A stretch of 64,000 nucleotides of DNA from Macrostomum lignano (taxonomy: Eukaryota), in contig NIVC01001922.1 of assembly GCA_002269645.1 (NCBI GenBank), forward strand, positions 122,417 to 186,416. Direction: 5' to 3'. Numbering within the stretch: position 1 is the first letter of the stretch; each line of letters begins with the position of its first letter. Shown one piece after another: positions 21,501 to 35,520 of the stretch. The notes beneath the pieces were generated by a model. The model did not search any database, was not told the DNA's origin, and saw only the letters and a program-made list of their open reading frames with translations. Made by a program: the position numbers and the translations under genes.

Positions 21501-24172
21501 CAGCGGTTGGGCTGGTTTTTGACTTTGACTCTCACCCCTTCTGCCGGACTCTTATGCGTATGTCAAACACCCCAGAAAATCAGACTTCCACTGCAGACAC
21601 TCACCCCAGACACACCAGACACCCACCGCAGACACTCACCCCAGACACGCCAGACAACCACCCAGACACCCACCCAGACACCCACCCAGACACCCACCGC
21701 AGACACTCATCCCAGACACCCACCCAGACACCCACCCAGACACCCACCGCAGACACTCACCCCAGACACGCCAGACGCCCACCGCAAACACTCACCCCAG
21801 ACACGTCAGACACTCACCCAGACACCCACCGCAGACACTCACCCCAGACACGCCAGACACCCACCCAGACACCCACCGCAGACACTCACCCCAGACACGC
21901 CAGACACCCACCGCAAACACTCACCCCAGACACCCACCCAGACACCCACCGCAGACACTCACCCCAGACACTCACCCAGACACCCACCGCAGACACTCAA
22001 CCCAGACACCCACCCAGACACCCACCGCAGACACTCAACCCAGACACCCACCCAGACACCCACCGCAGACACTCATCCCAGATACCCACCCAGACACCCA
22101 CCGCAGACACTCACCCCAGAGGTCAGGTACACGGGCACAAACAGGTACGCCAGCAGCAGGAGGCTGTAGATGCCCACAAACTCGTAGCACAGAACTCCGA
22201 AACCGTTGGCTGCCGCGGAGCCCGCAGTCCCGATGAAGGTGTTGCTGCCGATATTGCTCATGTAGAGCGACAGGGCGATCTGAAATGTCAATTCATGACT
22301 TCACGCGATGAGCCGCAGTTGCTACTGGGGAGAAAAAGCAGCACACAGATTTTACAATTAACCCACCGTCCACCAGGACATGCTGCGGCCGGCCAGAAAG
22401 TAACCGGCTGATGACGTCTTTGATTTCCTTTGCTCTCGAATGGCCGACTGAGAGTATTGTCAAGGGCAAAAAATATTAGGGGTTGAATATAATGTAATAT
22501 AAATGTACATCTTGTATATCTTGAGTCGTTTTTTAAATCAATTCTAACTGACCAGAGTCATGTCTAGTCACTCCAGTAACACCAGAGTCATGTCCAGTCA
22601 CTTCAGTAAGACCAGAGTCATGTCTAGTCACTCCAGTAAGACCAGAGTCATGTCCAGTCACTTCAGTAAGACCAGAGTCATGTCCAGTCACTCCAGTAAG
22701 ACCAGAGTCATGTCCAGTCACTCCAGTAAGACCAGAGTCATGTCCAGTCACTCCAGTAAGACCAGAGTCATGTCCAGTCACTTCAGTAAGACCAGAGTCA
22801 TGTCCAGTCACTCCAGTAAGACCAGAGTCATGTCCAGTCACTACGATCAGACCAGAATCATGTCCAGTCACTACGATCAGACCAGAATCATGTCCAGTCA
22901 CTACGATCAGACCAGAATCATGTCCAGTCACTACGATCAGACCAGAATCATGTCCAGTCACTACGATCAGACCAGAATCATGTCCAGTCACTACGATCAG
23001 ACCAGAATCATGTCCAGTCACTACGATCAGACCAGAGTCATAGAGTCATGTCTAGTCACTTCAGTAAGACCAGAGTCATGTCTAGTCACTCCAGGAAGAC
23101 CAGGGTCATGTCTAGTCACTCCAGAAAGACCAGAGTCATGTCCAGTCACTCCAGAAAGACCAGAGTCATGTCTAGTCACTCCAGAAAGACCAGAGTCATG
23201 TCTAGTCACTCCAGAAAGACCAGAGTCATGTCTAGTCACTCCAGAAAGACCAGAGTCATGTCTAGTCACTCCAGAAAGACCAGAGTCATGTCTAGTCACT
23301 CCAGAAAGACCAGAGTCATGTCTAGTCACTCCAATAAGACCAGAGTCATGTCAAGTCACTCCAGATAGACCAGAGTCATGTCTAGTCACTCCAGAAAGAC
23401 CAGAGTCATGTCTAGTCACTCAATAAGACCAGAGTCATGTCTAGTCACTTCAATAAGACCAGAGTCATGTCTAGTCACTCCAGAAAGACCAGAGTCATGT
23501 CTAGTCACTCCAGAAAGACCAGAGTCATGTCTAGTCACTCCAGAAGACCAGAGTCATGTCTAGTCACTCCACTAAGACCAGAGTCATGTCTAGTCACTCC
23601 AGAAAGACCAGAGTCATGTCTAGTCACTCCAGAAAGACCAGAGTCATGTCTAGTCACTCCAGAAAGACCAGAGTCATGTCTAGTCACTCCAGAAAGACCA
23701 GAGTCATGTCTAGTCACTCCACTAAGACCAGAGTCATGTCTAGTCACTCCAGAAAGACCAGAGTCATGTCTAGTCACTCCACTAAGACCAGAGTCATGTC
23801 TAGTCACTCCACTAAGACCAGAGTCATGTCTAGTCACTCCAATAAGACCAGAGTCATGTCTAGTCACTCCAGAAAGACCAGAGTCATGTCTAGTCACTCC
23901 ACTAAGACCAGAGTCATGTCTAGTCACTCCACTAAGACCAGAGTCATGTCTAGTCACTCCAATAAGACCAGAGTCATGTCTAGTCACTCCAGTCAGACCA
24001 GAGTCATGTCTAGTCACTCCAGTCAGACCAGAAACATGTCTAGTCATCAATGATCGGTACTCGTATGTTTCACTCACAAAAATGCCAATGGCAAAGGTGG
24101 CCAGCAGGTACAGAGCAATCACCAGGTAATCTACCAGGTGAGCTCAACAGTTAATGAGAAATCTGTCTGCAT
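15581..24172 (-). CDS. SLC5 (SGLT/SSS family) sodium:solute symporter, about 690 aa; first coding exon has an apparent 1-nt frameshift or an unseen upstream exon
   Basis: Exons about 24172-24078, 22447-22367, 22279-22115, 21497-21393, 20000-19560, 19009-18663, 17416-17248, 17176-16961, 16039-15581. SGLT signatures are present: GYFLAGRSMSWW, SNIGS..FIG.AG, TMPEYIKKRFGG, YTMVGGL..VI.TD, WHWCTDQ.FVQR.LAA, GF LK.LP, S.TSIFNS..TLFT.D.W, Q...SYL.PPI..VF, LAGLTW and a C-terminal TM helix. Confidence 0.95.
16110..16950 (+). repeat. 20-bp minisatellite (GAACAGGAATGGATTGGAGT)
   Basis: About 42 units in the last SLC5 intron. Confidence 0.95.
17455..18665 (-). repeat. Two related 21-23-bp minisatellites; the distal one is GTGAGATTCTCTCTAGTGAGCAG on the sense strand
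   Basis: Fill SLC5 intron 18662-17417; the array starts at the donor site. Confidence 0.95.
19025..19350 (+). repeat. 12-bp minisatellite (AGAGTGCATAGT)
   Basis: In SLC5 intron 19559-19010. Confidence 0.93.
20003..21385 (+). repeat. Complex G-rich minisatellite (GGACGGTGAGCGGATGGTGGGGC family)
   Basis: Fills SLC5 intron 21392-20001; includes three copies of a unique 38-bp block. Confidence 0.93.
21590..22120 (-). repeat. Minisatellite containing TCTGGGGTGAGTGTCTG (sense strand)
   Basis: Fills SLC5 intron 22114-21498 and overlaps the exon end. Confidence 0.93.
22550..24050 (+). repeat. 30-bp minisatellite (CCAGAGTCATGTCTAGTCACTCCAGAAAGA), about 50 units
   Basis: Fills SLC5 intron 24077-22448; variant units occur in blocks. 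Confidence 0.97.
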
Positions 24173-24719
24173 CGTTGCGGTTCCAGGTTCGAATCAGTCT
24201 TTTCTGTCAATCGCAGCTAACGAGTTTCTCAGCGAAATGCTCAGACTTAAGAGAAACTCGAATGGAAAATTTCACCTTCAGTTTTATCAGCCTGAGCTCG
24301 CTATTCACCGCACTGCTTATCGGCGAGCTCAGGTTAATCAGCTTTTTTGAAAATCTTTCCTTGCTGATAATTTTTTGCAAAGTTCTGATCTGCTTCTATT
24401 TGAAATTGCAATGGTCTGGTCTCGCCTGAGGGGGCCGAAAATTTCTAAGAATGGGGTGGGAGAGCGCGGTGCCATTCGCTTGAAGACTGGCTCATCATAT
24501 GCGGGCTGCTGGATCCCAAAAACATTTTGCTTTTTGAGTTGCCATTCCGTGTTCGACTGGTGGTTGTCACTGTGGTTGCTGCGTGTACACTCGCATACAG
24601 TGTGTTGGAGACGGCAAGGGATCTTTTTTATCAAAGACTCAACCCAAGAAAGCTGCGCTAAACAAATTGCTAAATTTTTAACATTTGAATTTCATAGCTC
24701 GTATTGACTATTGCTGTCG

Positions 24720-25762
24720 CTGATCCGCCCCCGATCCGCTCACACAGTCCTTGAGAATCCACCCTCATCCGCCCCAGTTCTTGAGAATCCACCCTGATAC
24801 ACACCCTCAGTCCTTGAGAATCCGCCCTCATCCGCCCTCAGTCCTTGAGAATCCACCCTCATCCGCCCCAGTTCTTGAGAATCCACCCTGATACACACCC
24901 TCAGTCCTTGAGAATCCGCCCTCATCCGCCCTCAGTCCTTGAGAATCCGCCCCTGATCCACTCACTCAGTCCTTGAGAATCCGCCCCTGATCCACTCACT
25001 CAGTCCTGGAGAATCCGCCCTCATCCGCCCTTCAGTTCTTGAGAATCCGCCCCTGATCCACTCACTCAGTCCTGGAGAATCCGCCCTCATCCGCCCTTCA
25101 GTTCTTGAGAATCCGCCCCTGATCCACTCACTCAGTCCTGGAGAATCCGCGCTCATCCGCCCTTCAGTTCTTGAGAATCCGCCCCTGATCCACTCACTCA
25201 GTCCTTGAGAATCCGCCCCTGATCCACTCACTCAGTCCTTGAGAATCCGCCCCTGATCCACTCACTCAGTCCTGGAGAATCCGCCCCTGATACGCACCCT
25301 CAGTCCTTGAGAATCCGCCCTCATCGCCCCTCAGTCCTTGAGAATCCGCCCCTGATCCACTCACTCAGTCCTGGAGAATCCGCCCCTGATACGCACCCTC
25401 AGTCCTTGAGAATCCGCCCTCATCGCCCCTCAGTCCTTGAGAATCCGCCCCTGATCCACTCACTCAGTCCTTGAGAATCCGCCCCTGATCCACTCACTCA
25501 GTCCTGGAGAATCCGTCCCTGATCCACTCACTCAGTCCTGGAGAATCCGCCCCTGATACGCACCCTCAGTCCTTGAGAATCCGCCCTCATCGCCCCTCAG
25601 TCCTTGAGAATCCGCCCCTGATCCACTCACTCAGTCCTTGAGAATCCGCCCCTGATCCACTCACTCAGTCCTGGAGAATCCGCCCCTGAGAGAATCCGCC
25701 TCCTCCTGAGAATCCGCTCCTGATCCGCCCCAGCTCCTGAGAATCCGCTCCTGATCCGCCCC
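24720..25762 (+). repeat. About 34-bp minisatellite (CAGTCCTTGAGAATCCGCCCCTGATCCACTCACT)
   Basis: Tandem units upstream of the SLC5 coding region. Confidence 0.93.
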
Positions 25763-26023
25763 CACCCACTCTCCGTGACAGCCGACCGTTTGACTTCCCA
25801 GCCGCAGTAAAAATAAAGTACACAAGGTCCTCAAAGACAGACAAGTTTTCTGGTACAAAGTTGTTTCGTCCCAAAGAAAAATGATATATTTTTAAATAAT
25901 TTGACCCACCTCAGCAATAATCCGATCCAATTTAATACTAAGGCTGCACGCACAGCAAAGTAGATATGGGTAATATATGTAGTAAATAAATAGATAAACA
26001 AATATATGTAATTTGCACGCAAG

Positions 26024-26399
26024 CGCCGAGCCATAAAACACATTGGGACAGGTGGGATTTCACTGAATCAGTCCACTGCCAGCCAGAGCGCAACCCGGGC
26101 CGAGCCATAAAACACATTGGGACAGGTGGGGTTTCACTGAATCAGTCCACTGCCAGCCAGAGCGCAACCCGCGCCGAGCCATAAAACACATTGGGACAGG
26201 TGGGGTTTCACTGAATCAGTCCACTGCCAGCCAGAGCGCAACCCGGGCCGAGCCATAAAACACATTGGGACAGGTGGGGTTTCACTGAATCAGTCCACTG
26301 CCAGCCAGAGCGCAACCCGGGCCGAGCCATAAAACACATTGGGACAGGTGGGGTTTCACTGAATCAGTCCACTGCCAGCCAGAGCGCAACCCGGGCCGA
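26024..26399 (+). repeat. 74-bp tandem repeat, 5 near-identical units
   Basis: CGAGCC recurs at 26027, 26101, 26175, 26249 and 26323. Confidence 0.95.
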
Positions 26400-27130
26400 T
26401 AGGCACCCAAAAAAGCACTATAAAATGTCAACTTCACAAAAGCTATCCATAAATTGAATATAAAAACACAATTTTAGAACTGCCTGTCAATCAAGAAATC
26501 GATAATTAATTTCAAATATTCTCATCGTTCGGTGCCTTACTTTGGTATTAGATTTATTGATTGATTGATAGGCAGCACAGGGGTCACAATATAAGCAGGT
26601 GGCACGTAAAACTCACACAGATAAGGATGTACAGGTTTTTTTCATTTCAACAGCAATAATACACAACAAACAGGAATTGATATCCGCTGCATACTACTAC
26701 TAACTAAAGCAATCATCAGTAGTGCAATCGGGGCACAAAACGAACGCTGAAGAATTAACGGTGGGGAAAGAGCAACCGATATAGATGGCACGCTAATTAA
26801 AAAGAGAGTTAAAACGCGCGCCCTATGGGATATATATATATATTGACGGGCAGAGCGGCTAATACAGTAAAAATCGGTAAGCAGTTCAGCATTAAAGCTG
26901 CGCATTGGGGCGGGACGCTTCCGCCTCTTGGATAAATAAAAAACTCGGCAAATATTCGGATTACTTGGTAGTTGAAGCAGCAAAGCAAAAGAGAGACAGT
27001 TAATCGGCAACTTGTTGCACTTGCGGAAATTGGAACAGATTTGTGTTACAGAGAAACACCCAGCCAGTTTTACTGTGGCAAACTTTATCAGCATCACCAA
27101 TTCGGCTTTGCCATTCTGTAGCTGGGCAGC

Positions 27131-28995
<1,865 letters not shown>

Positions 28996-29941
28996 CTGGC
29001 ACTATTTTTGTAGTTTTTTAAGGCACCAAAAACCAATTTGGCCTCAAGTGCTAAAATTCTAACAATATTGTAAACTATACTACATGTATCCTAGAACAAA
29101 AAAGGCTCATATCAATTATATATCCATATGCCAAGAAAAAATATGAATATACCAAGAAAAGGGTTTAATTTCTTCCCAAAAATTTAACCTAGATCATACT
29201 AACATGTTAGAAAATTTTTAATATATATAGTCACAAGTTATGCATATCAAAGTTATATGAATTTTAGAATATATACAATTTTCATATCAATGACATATCA
29301 CTAAAAATATAATATGACTAGGTTTCATAATTTTTGTTTCCAATGTCTGTTTTCAACTTTATAATTTAAGGTGAAAAAAGAATTACTGCTATAAATGTAT
29401 ACATAATGATTTTATTTGGATCATTAGAACAAAAGATATAATGAAAAGTAATACTAATTTTGGGGCAACCCTTGTAGCTTTTTATTAGTCTATATTTTTA
29501 TTACATAAGAATCAGTGTTGCCACTGGTGGTGATTTTAATTGCTGGCATTTTTTGGCAATTGGTGATTTTATTTGCCTTTTCAGTACTTTCTGGCAATTT
29601 TTGAAATTGGTAGATCCATATACTATTACCCCTACAATTTTGGTCTGTCTCGATGCATTGAACTCTTTGTTCTAGCTTTAAATATACCTGCAATGAACTG
29701 ACAACCTCTGCAGATTCTGTTGCCAATACCATTATATCATTTATTATTTTGCTTTTTTCATTTTCCATGGATTTAGAGCATAGAAACATTAATTATCTGA
29801 TGGTAGCCCATTCTTTGCTATAGTGACCACTCAACACAAAGGTAGTAGTGCAGGTCGCTTTGAGTTAAGATTGAGAAGTTATAACATATTAAATAACCTT
29901 CACACTGCTACCTTTTACCATTTCAGCAAATTGAATTCTGA

Positions 29942-32900
29942 ATGAGTTCCAAATCTAAACAAGTTTAACAATCAACTTTTGATGAAAGCTGGATCACCAC
30001 TTTAAATGCTGAGGCTGAGAATTGGTTAAGAAAGACAAGCAACTGTGAAGGACTCTGCACTGTGTGTAAAGTGACACTTAATGTTGGAAATGGTGGAATT
30101 GCTGTTGTAAAACAGCACATTAAGACAAAGAAGCACAAGGCGAGTTTATCTTCTGCACGAAATCAAAAGCCAATAAGCTTGTTTTTTACTAAGACAGATG
30201 CTCTATCAACTAACACTGGCAAACTCATCCAGGCTGCTATGGCAGAAATTTGTTGGGTCTGCAGGAATTCAGCATTCAAGTCCAAGAGTTTCAATACCGA
30301 GGATTGAACTCCTGATCTTTTCAGAGCAATGTCTCCTAATTAAAAAATCATTGCAATATTTTCTTGTGGTCGCAGCAAACAAGCCTATCTACTGACATTT
30401 GCTATCACCCCATATATCAAATCCAAGATAACTCAATCTATCTTGGAGTTATCCTTTCAATTTTTTTTGTTAGCTACAACAAAAGTGACGGCTGCATGAT
30501 GATTTGTATATGCTGTCTGGATTCTGATGGCATTGTTGTGGTCGAAATGCTTGATCAGATTCCATTACAGTTTCGATGCTGTATCATATGCCCAGGTTAT
30601 TCAAAAGTATGTCATTGACAATAACCTCCCACTATCAAAGTGGATCGGACACTTTTCAGATGGATGTAGTGTCATGCAAGGGATTCATGCTAGAGTCACT
30701 TTAATATTGCGGCAAAGTCCTGAGCTGAATCATCTCATAGATGTTGGAAGCTGCAATCTCCATATAGTTGCCAACACATTTCGCAAGGCCTTAGAAATGC
30801 ACTTGAAGGAAGTGTCTAAGCTAGCTAATGACATCTTCACTTGCTTCAGCAGAAGTTTAAAGTGCAAGAAAGAATTCAAAGCTCTCTAGGAAGCTTTTGG
30901 TGTTGCACAATTAGCCTTCAAGTGAAATGCTACACTAAGGTAGCTCATTCTCCTGCCCTGCCTAGAGCAAATAGAATAACAATAGGCTTCTCTTTATGTC
31001 TACATTTCTCAACATGAAGAAGACAGCAATGCCAATTTTACACAGCTTCTCTGAGCTGCCTTTCAAGATCCAAACACTCGAGTCTATGTCCAGTTTGCAA
31101 TATATACACTTAAAATAGCCAGCCGCTTTGAAAAGCTATTTTAGACAAGCTGTGTGGTCCTCATCTACCAGCTTCATGATGAACTGGTCCTTCTACTGCA
31201 ATCAATAGCAACTCAATTTATGCAGCCATCCAGCTTCTCTAACGCTACTAATTCAATTGTCTGCATTGATTTCCAAGATGCAAGCTTGCATTTGCCCTTG
31301 GAGAAAGTTGTGAATAGGCACCAAGAAAAGCTGCAAGATTGACAACAGCCCCTGCAGTTTTGGTTCAAGAAATTTTACATTGAGCTGGAAACTTACTTGC
31401 AGGAAAAGCTGCCACTTAAAATGCGCTTTCTGCACTGAATCAAGTTTCTAAACCTTAGCACTGACGTTGATGAAGATTCTGTGAAATTCATCACACAGAA
31501 ACTTCTCCAAGTTGTTCTAGATAGCAACTTAAGCAGCCTCCAAACTGAAGTGAGGTTATTCAATCTCCAAAATAAAACTGGCAAGCTTGTTCCAGATGGC
31601 TACAATATAGCACAACCAACTATCAGATGATAGGCTGCATGATTCGCTTCTGGAATGCAGCTTCTTATGTGCTCGGGGCTTGTTGCCAAAGAGCATGCCA
31701 ATTCCTGATAAGCTAGTCCAAGCTGCCTTGAAGGCCAGTACCGAGTACAAGCAGCACATGGCAGCCAAAAAGAAAGCAAAAGAATTTGAGGCAATTCAAA
31801 AGGTGGCCAAGGCTGAGCAAGAAAGGATACATCAAGAAGTTGAGAAGGTAATATACCTTTTAACAGTGTTGTTGGGCATAAGTGAAATTTATCTAGTCCA
31901 AGTGCTCCTACCACTGAGCGAAGTGAGTTTGATTTAGTCGCTTCAATTAGCTTGCAGCCATAGACGGTGAATTCAATATAGTCGTTTTTAGCGCGCGCAA
32001 CGAGATCGTGACTTTTATTTAGTCAAAGTGAAATGAATATGGTCAACGAGATCGTAAACTTTCATAAAAGGCGCAAAAACACATAAGATGTGTAAGATGT
32101 AAGATGTAAGATGTAAGGTGTAAGATGCAATGGCAGCACACAACTAGTGACCGTCAGGCAAACAAAACTGTTCAGTGTTCAATAAGGCAACGATGTCCTC
32201 CATGGCTATGCAGCGCGGTACATAGCGCAGACTTTCTTGGTGCCAGGCTTCGCAGTGCAGCTGTGTAACTGCGCTCATACAGTCTTCCAGTTCACGCTCC
32301 AGAATGCGTGCGCGGTGTTCCTGCAGCATAATGCCTAACGCGGCAGCTGCATTCCTATCGCCAATAGAAAGAATTCTATGATTCAGCAAATTCTATAGCC
32401 AAACAAGAACTCTAAGCGGACTAAATAAATTTCACTACGACTAACTTTAAGTCATGGTAAGCTCAGCGCTAAGCAAGAGCAACCAAATATATTTCACTTT
32501 TCCTCAATCGTCTATGGCCAAAATCAACAGCTAGACTATATCAAACTCACTTCACTCAGTGGTAGGAACACTTGGACTAAATAAATTTCACTTATGCCCA
32601 ACAACACTGTTAAAAGGTATATAAAAAAAACAAAAAAACATATTTATACATATGCTCATACTACTTCTACTTCTAGATTTTGCCCAGTATTCCATTACAG
32701 GATTCCAAACAAGTCTGCGATGGAACGCCTTGCCAAGCATGAAAAGGAAAAAAGTATCAGAATGGCAGAGAGGGCCAAAAAGTGCATTGAAGCAGAGAGG
32801 GATATCCAACTAGTTCCCCTGAATTGACTGAGCCAATTCAATTTAGAGAGATTGATGATCGAACAGTGGGCCATGGACAGCGTTATTCAATGTGAAGCTG

Positions 32901-32980
32901 AGGAAGCATCTAAGCTGAAGTGCCAATTGGAACAAGCAATCCTATCAAAACTACCAAAAGTGCCCAAAAAGAAAAGTTGA
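29942..32980 (+). pseudogene. hAT transposase pseudogene (many stops and frameshifts)
   Basis: ATG at 29942 followed by an in-frame stop. N-terminal zinc finger CTVC...GNGGIAVVKQHIKTKKH; FSDGCSVMQG and the CxxH motif (GSCNLH) at about 30650-30770; degenerate TRWL region near 30935; helical C-terminal tail. Confidence 0.85.
31856..32617. mobile_element. Non-autonomous long-TIR element nested in the hAT transposon
   Basis: About 80-bp inverted repeats with few mismatches (CCTTTTAACAGTGTTGTTGGGCATAAGTGAAATTTAT... at 31856; reverse complement ending 32617), flanked by TA/TATA on both sides. Confidence 0.78.
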
Positions 32981-34478
32981 TTGCTTACTGATGCAAACTT
33001 TTTTGCACATTGTTTCATTGCTTAGTTTTTATTTGTGCTAATCTTTGTACAATAAGAAAATGTGCACTAGTTGTTTTGCTATTTTGAATTTGCGCCAAAT
33101 TTAAACTTAATTACTAGGTAAATTGGTCTGGCAATTTTTTATGCCTGCAATTTTTTTTCACAATGCTTGGTGGCAACACTGATAAGAATATTTTTGATAT
33201 TTTTTGACAAGAATGAATAGCCATATTTAATTATTTATTTATATCTATTAATATTTATCTATATATTGATTAATATTATATAATATAAATAAATAATTTC
33301 TAATCTAAGACATATCTAATTTTAAGTTAACTTTAACCATTTTAATGCTTTATATTCTACAATTTTATTGCAAAATATTTAATATTAGGTGTACATTTTT
33401 ATTTTAATAGAAATGTCTTGCTTAATAAATAAGTGATGATTTTTTAAATTTAGTATATTAATATATACTCAGCAACATTAAAAATTTGCCACTCTTATTT
33501 GCTATTGAGCAATTTCTCTTAGACTATTCTGAAATAAAAGATATGAGAAAACTGATCGGGGTAGCTTTAATCTGTCCAACCTTTGCACACCACTCTCCCC
33601 ACTTCATTCCTCAACTCAAGTCTATTGCAGCATAGCTAAGTTGCATCACTCGCAAGATTAAGAGACTTTATTTGCATTCTCAAAAGTGGCAACCACAGAT
33701 GGAATCTTCTGTGATGGCAACTTTTCAATATAGTTCAATATACCTATAGGGTATTGAAGTAGGTGTTATTTAGAATAATTGTAACTTACAGTAGAGACAA
33801 AATTTGTTTGAACCACAGATATTAGAATAACTGGATAGGTCACTTGTAATTAAAATTATTAAAAAGTAGAGTCTATACTTTTTTCAGTAGTTATCTGTAC
33901 TAATGTAATTTAAATTTGATGTAGAAGATAAAATTCCTTTCTTTCCTCAGGGTTTGTGGCCTCAAGAGCATATAGGATTAAGAATAAACAAGCATTTATT
34001 AGCTCAATATACATAAACGAATGTAAGCAGAATGAAACTAACTATTAAAATATATATGTAAGATATATAAGATATAGATATCTTAACACTTAGGCATTGC
34101 TACCTTAAGACAATTTGCTATGTAAGGAGTTACAATAAAAAAATAGGAGAATTGAAAAATAGGCCTACTAGGCTACAAGTGACAAAAACTTAATGTTTAT
34201 AGAAACAATTTCTAGGAAAGATAAGACTAAAAAAACTTAATATTAGCAGTAAGATTAATCACAGTAAAGAAGGAACCTATGATAGTAGACTGATAAAACC
34301 TTTTTTTAAAATACAAATAAGAAAATAGCTTGTTTTTTATAATGATGATACATGTACATTTATTGCTTCAAAAATAGGAGACTGCATTAAATCAATGCAT
34401 TCTTTTATATTTTCACTAAAGGCCACACACAAGTTTTCATCTGCAGATATACTATTATATTAGAATGCATTTAATATA

Positions 34479-35520
34479 GGCAGTTGTTATTCGTCCGGTT
34501 ACCGGACAAATAGCCATTTCACTATTCGTCCGGTTATTTTACTGGACAAATAGCCATTTTGTTATTCGTCTGGTTAAATATATATTACTAGTACTATCTA
34601 CTTGTAGGGAATATGTCTGGTTTTCAACGGCTTTCTTACTCGTATCTTGATCAATATATTGTTATACTAGTGTACGACTACCCGCACGATTAGTTTCACT
34701 TAAAATTTAGCTTGCAGGACTGACATGTCCGTAGCCGCCTTCCAGCTGCACCAAAATTTTAAATGAGTGCCCCAGGTATAATTTTTATAAAGCTGATTCA
34801 CATATGCTCTTAATTGATTGCCCCAAAACATGTGTCGCATGGTCGATGCTGTTTCTATGAAAATCTGGCAGTGAAGTTGGCTTTAGGGCAGCTGAAGGGC
34901 GTCTGGAAGGGGGGCTAGAGAATTGCTCTGTATTGGCGCAGTATAATTGTGCCCCAAATGGAAAAAAAATAGATGCAAGTCTTAACTTTATTATAAAAAA
35001 ATAAATAATATAAATTAATATTTTTAATGAGCATGATAGCTGCAGTGTACATAGTATATATTACATAAACAAATATCCGGATAAATAAAAAATCTAACTG
35101 CACAATGAGCAGTTTCAATAATCATGCAGTCAACATGCAAGTAAACTTTTAAGCGAGTTTACAATCGTGTACACGTATACACCCTAAGTATGCTGAGATT
35201 AACTGAGATACAAAAAAAGGTTCTAAAAATCCAGAATATTAATTACTTAACAAATACTTTGAAGTAGAAAAACTTATATTAGCAACTTAACCAGACACTA
35301 GTATAATATATTATTCAAGATACGAGTAAGAAGCTGTTAAAAACCAGACATATTCCCTACAAGTAGATAGTACTAGTAATATATATTTAACTGGACGAAT
35401 AACAAAATGGCTATTTGTCCGGTAAAATAACCGGACAAATAGTGAAATGGCTATTTGTCTGGTAACCGGACAAATAACCATGTTGCTATTTGTCCGGTCA
35501 CTGGACAAATAACAACTGCC
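34479..35520. mobile_element. Mutator-like (MULE) foldback non-autonomous element
   Basis: About 195-bp TIRs beginning GGCAGTTGTTATT, with internal CCGGACAAATAGCCATTT subrepeats. Perfect 9-bp TSD TTTAATATA (34470-34478 and 35521-35529). No transposase ORF. Confidence 0.82.

Larger units (their letters stand above)
29513..33181 (+). mobile_element. Decayed full-length hAT-superfamily DNA transposon (3669 bp)
   Basis: Perfect 12-bp TIRs CAGTGTTGCCAC (29513) and GTGGCAACACTG (ends 33181), with a perfect 8-bp TSD ATAAGAAT (29505-29512 and 33182-33189). It contains transposase remnants. Confidence 0.92.

Noticed and set aside
26024-26399. CRISPR-like regularly spaced repeats (also 28485-28995)
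   Set aside because: Units are contiguous with no unique spacers, the context is eukaryotic, and there are no cas genes.
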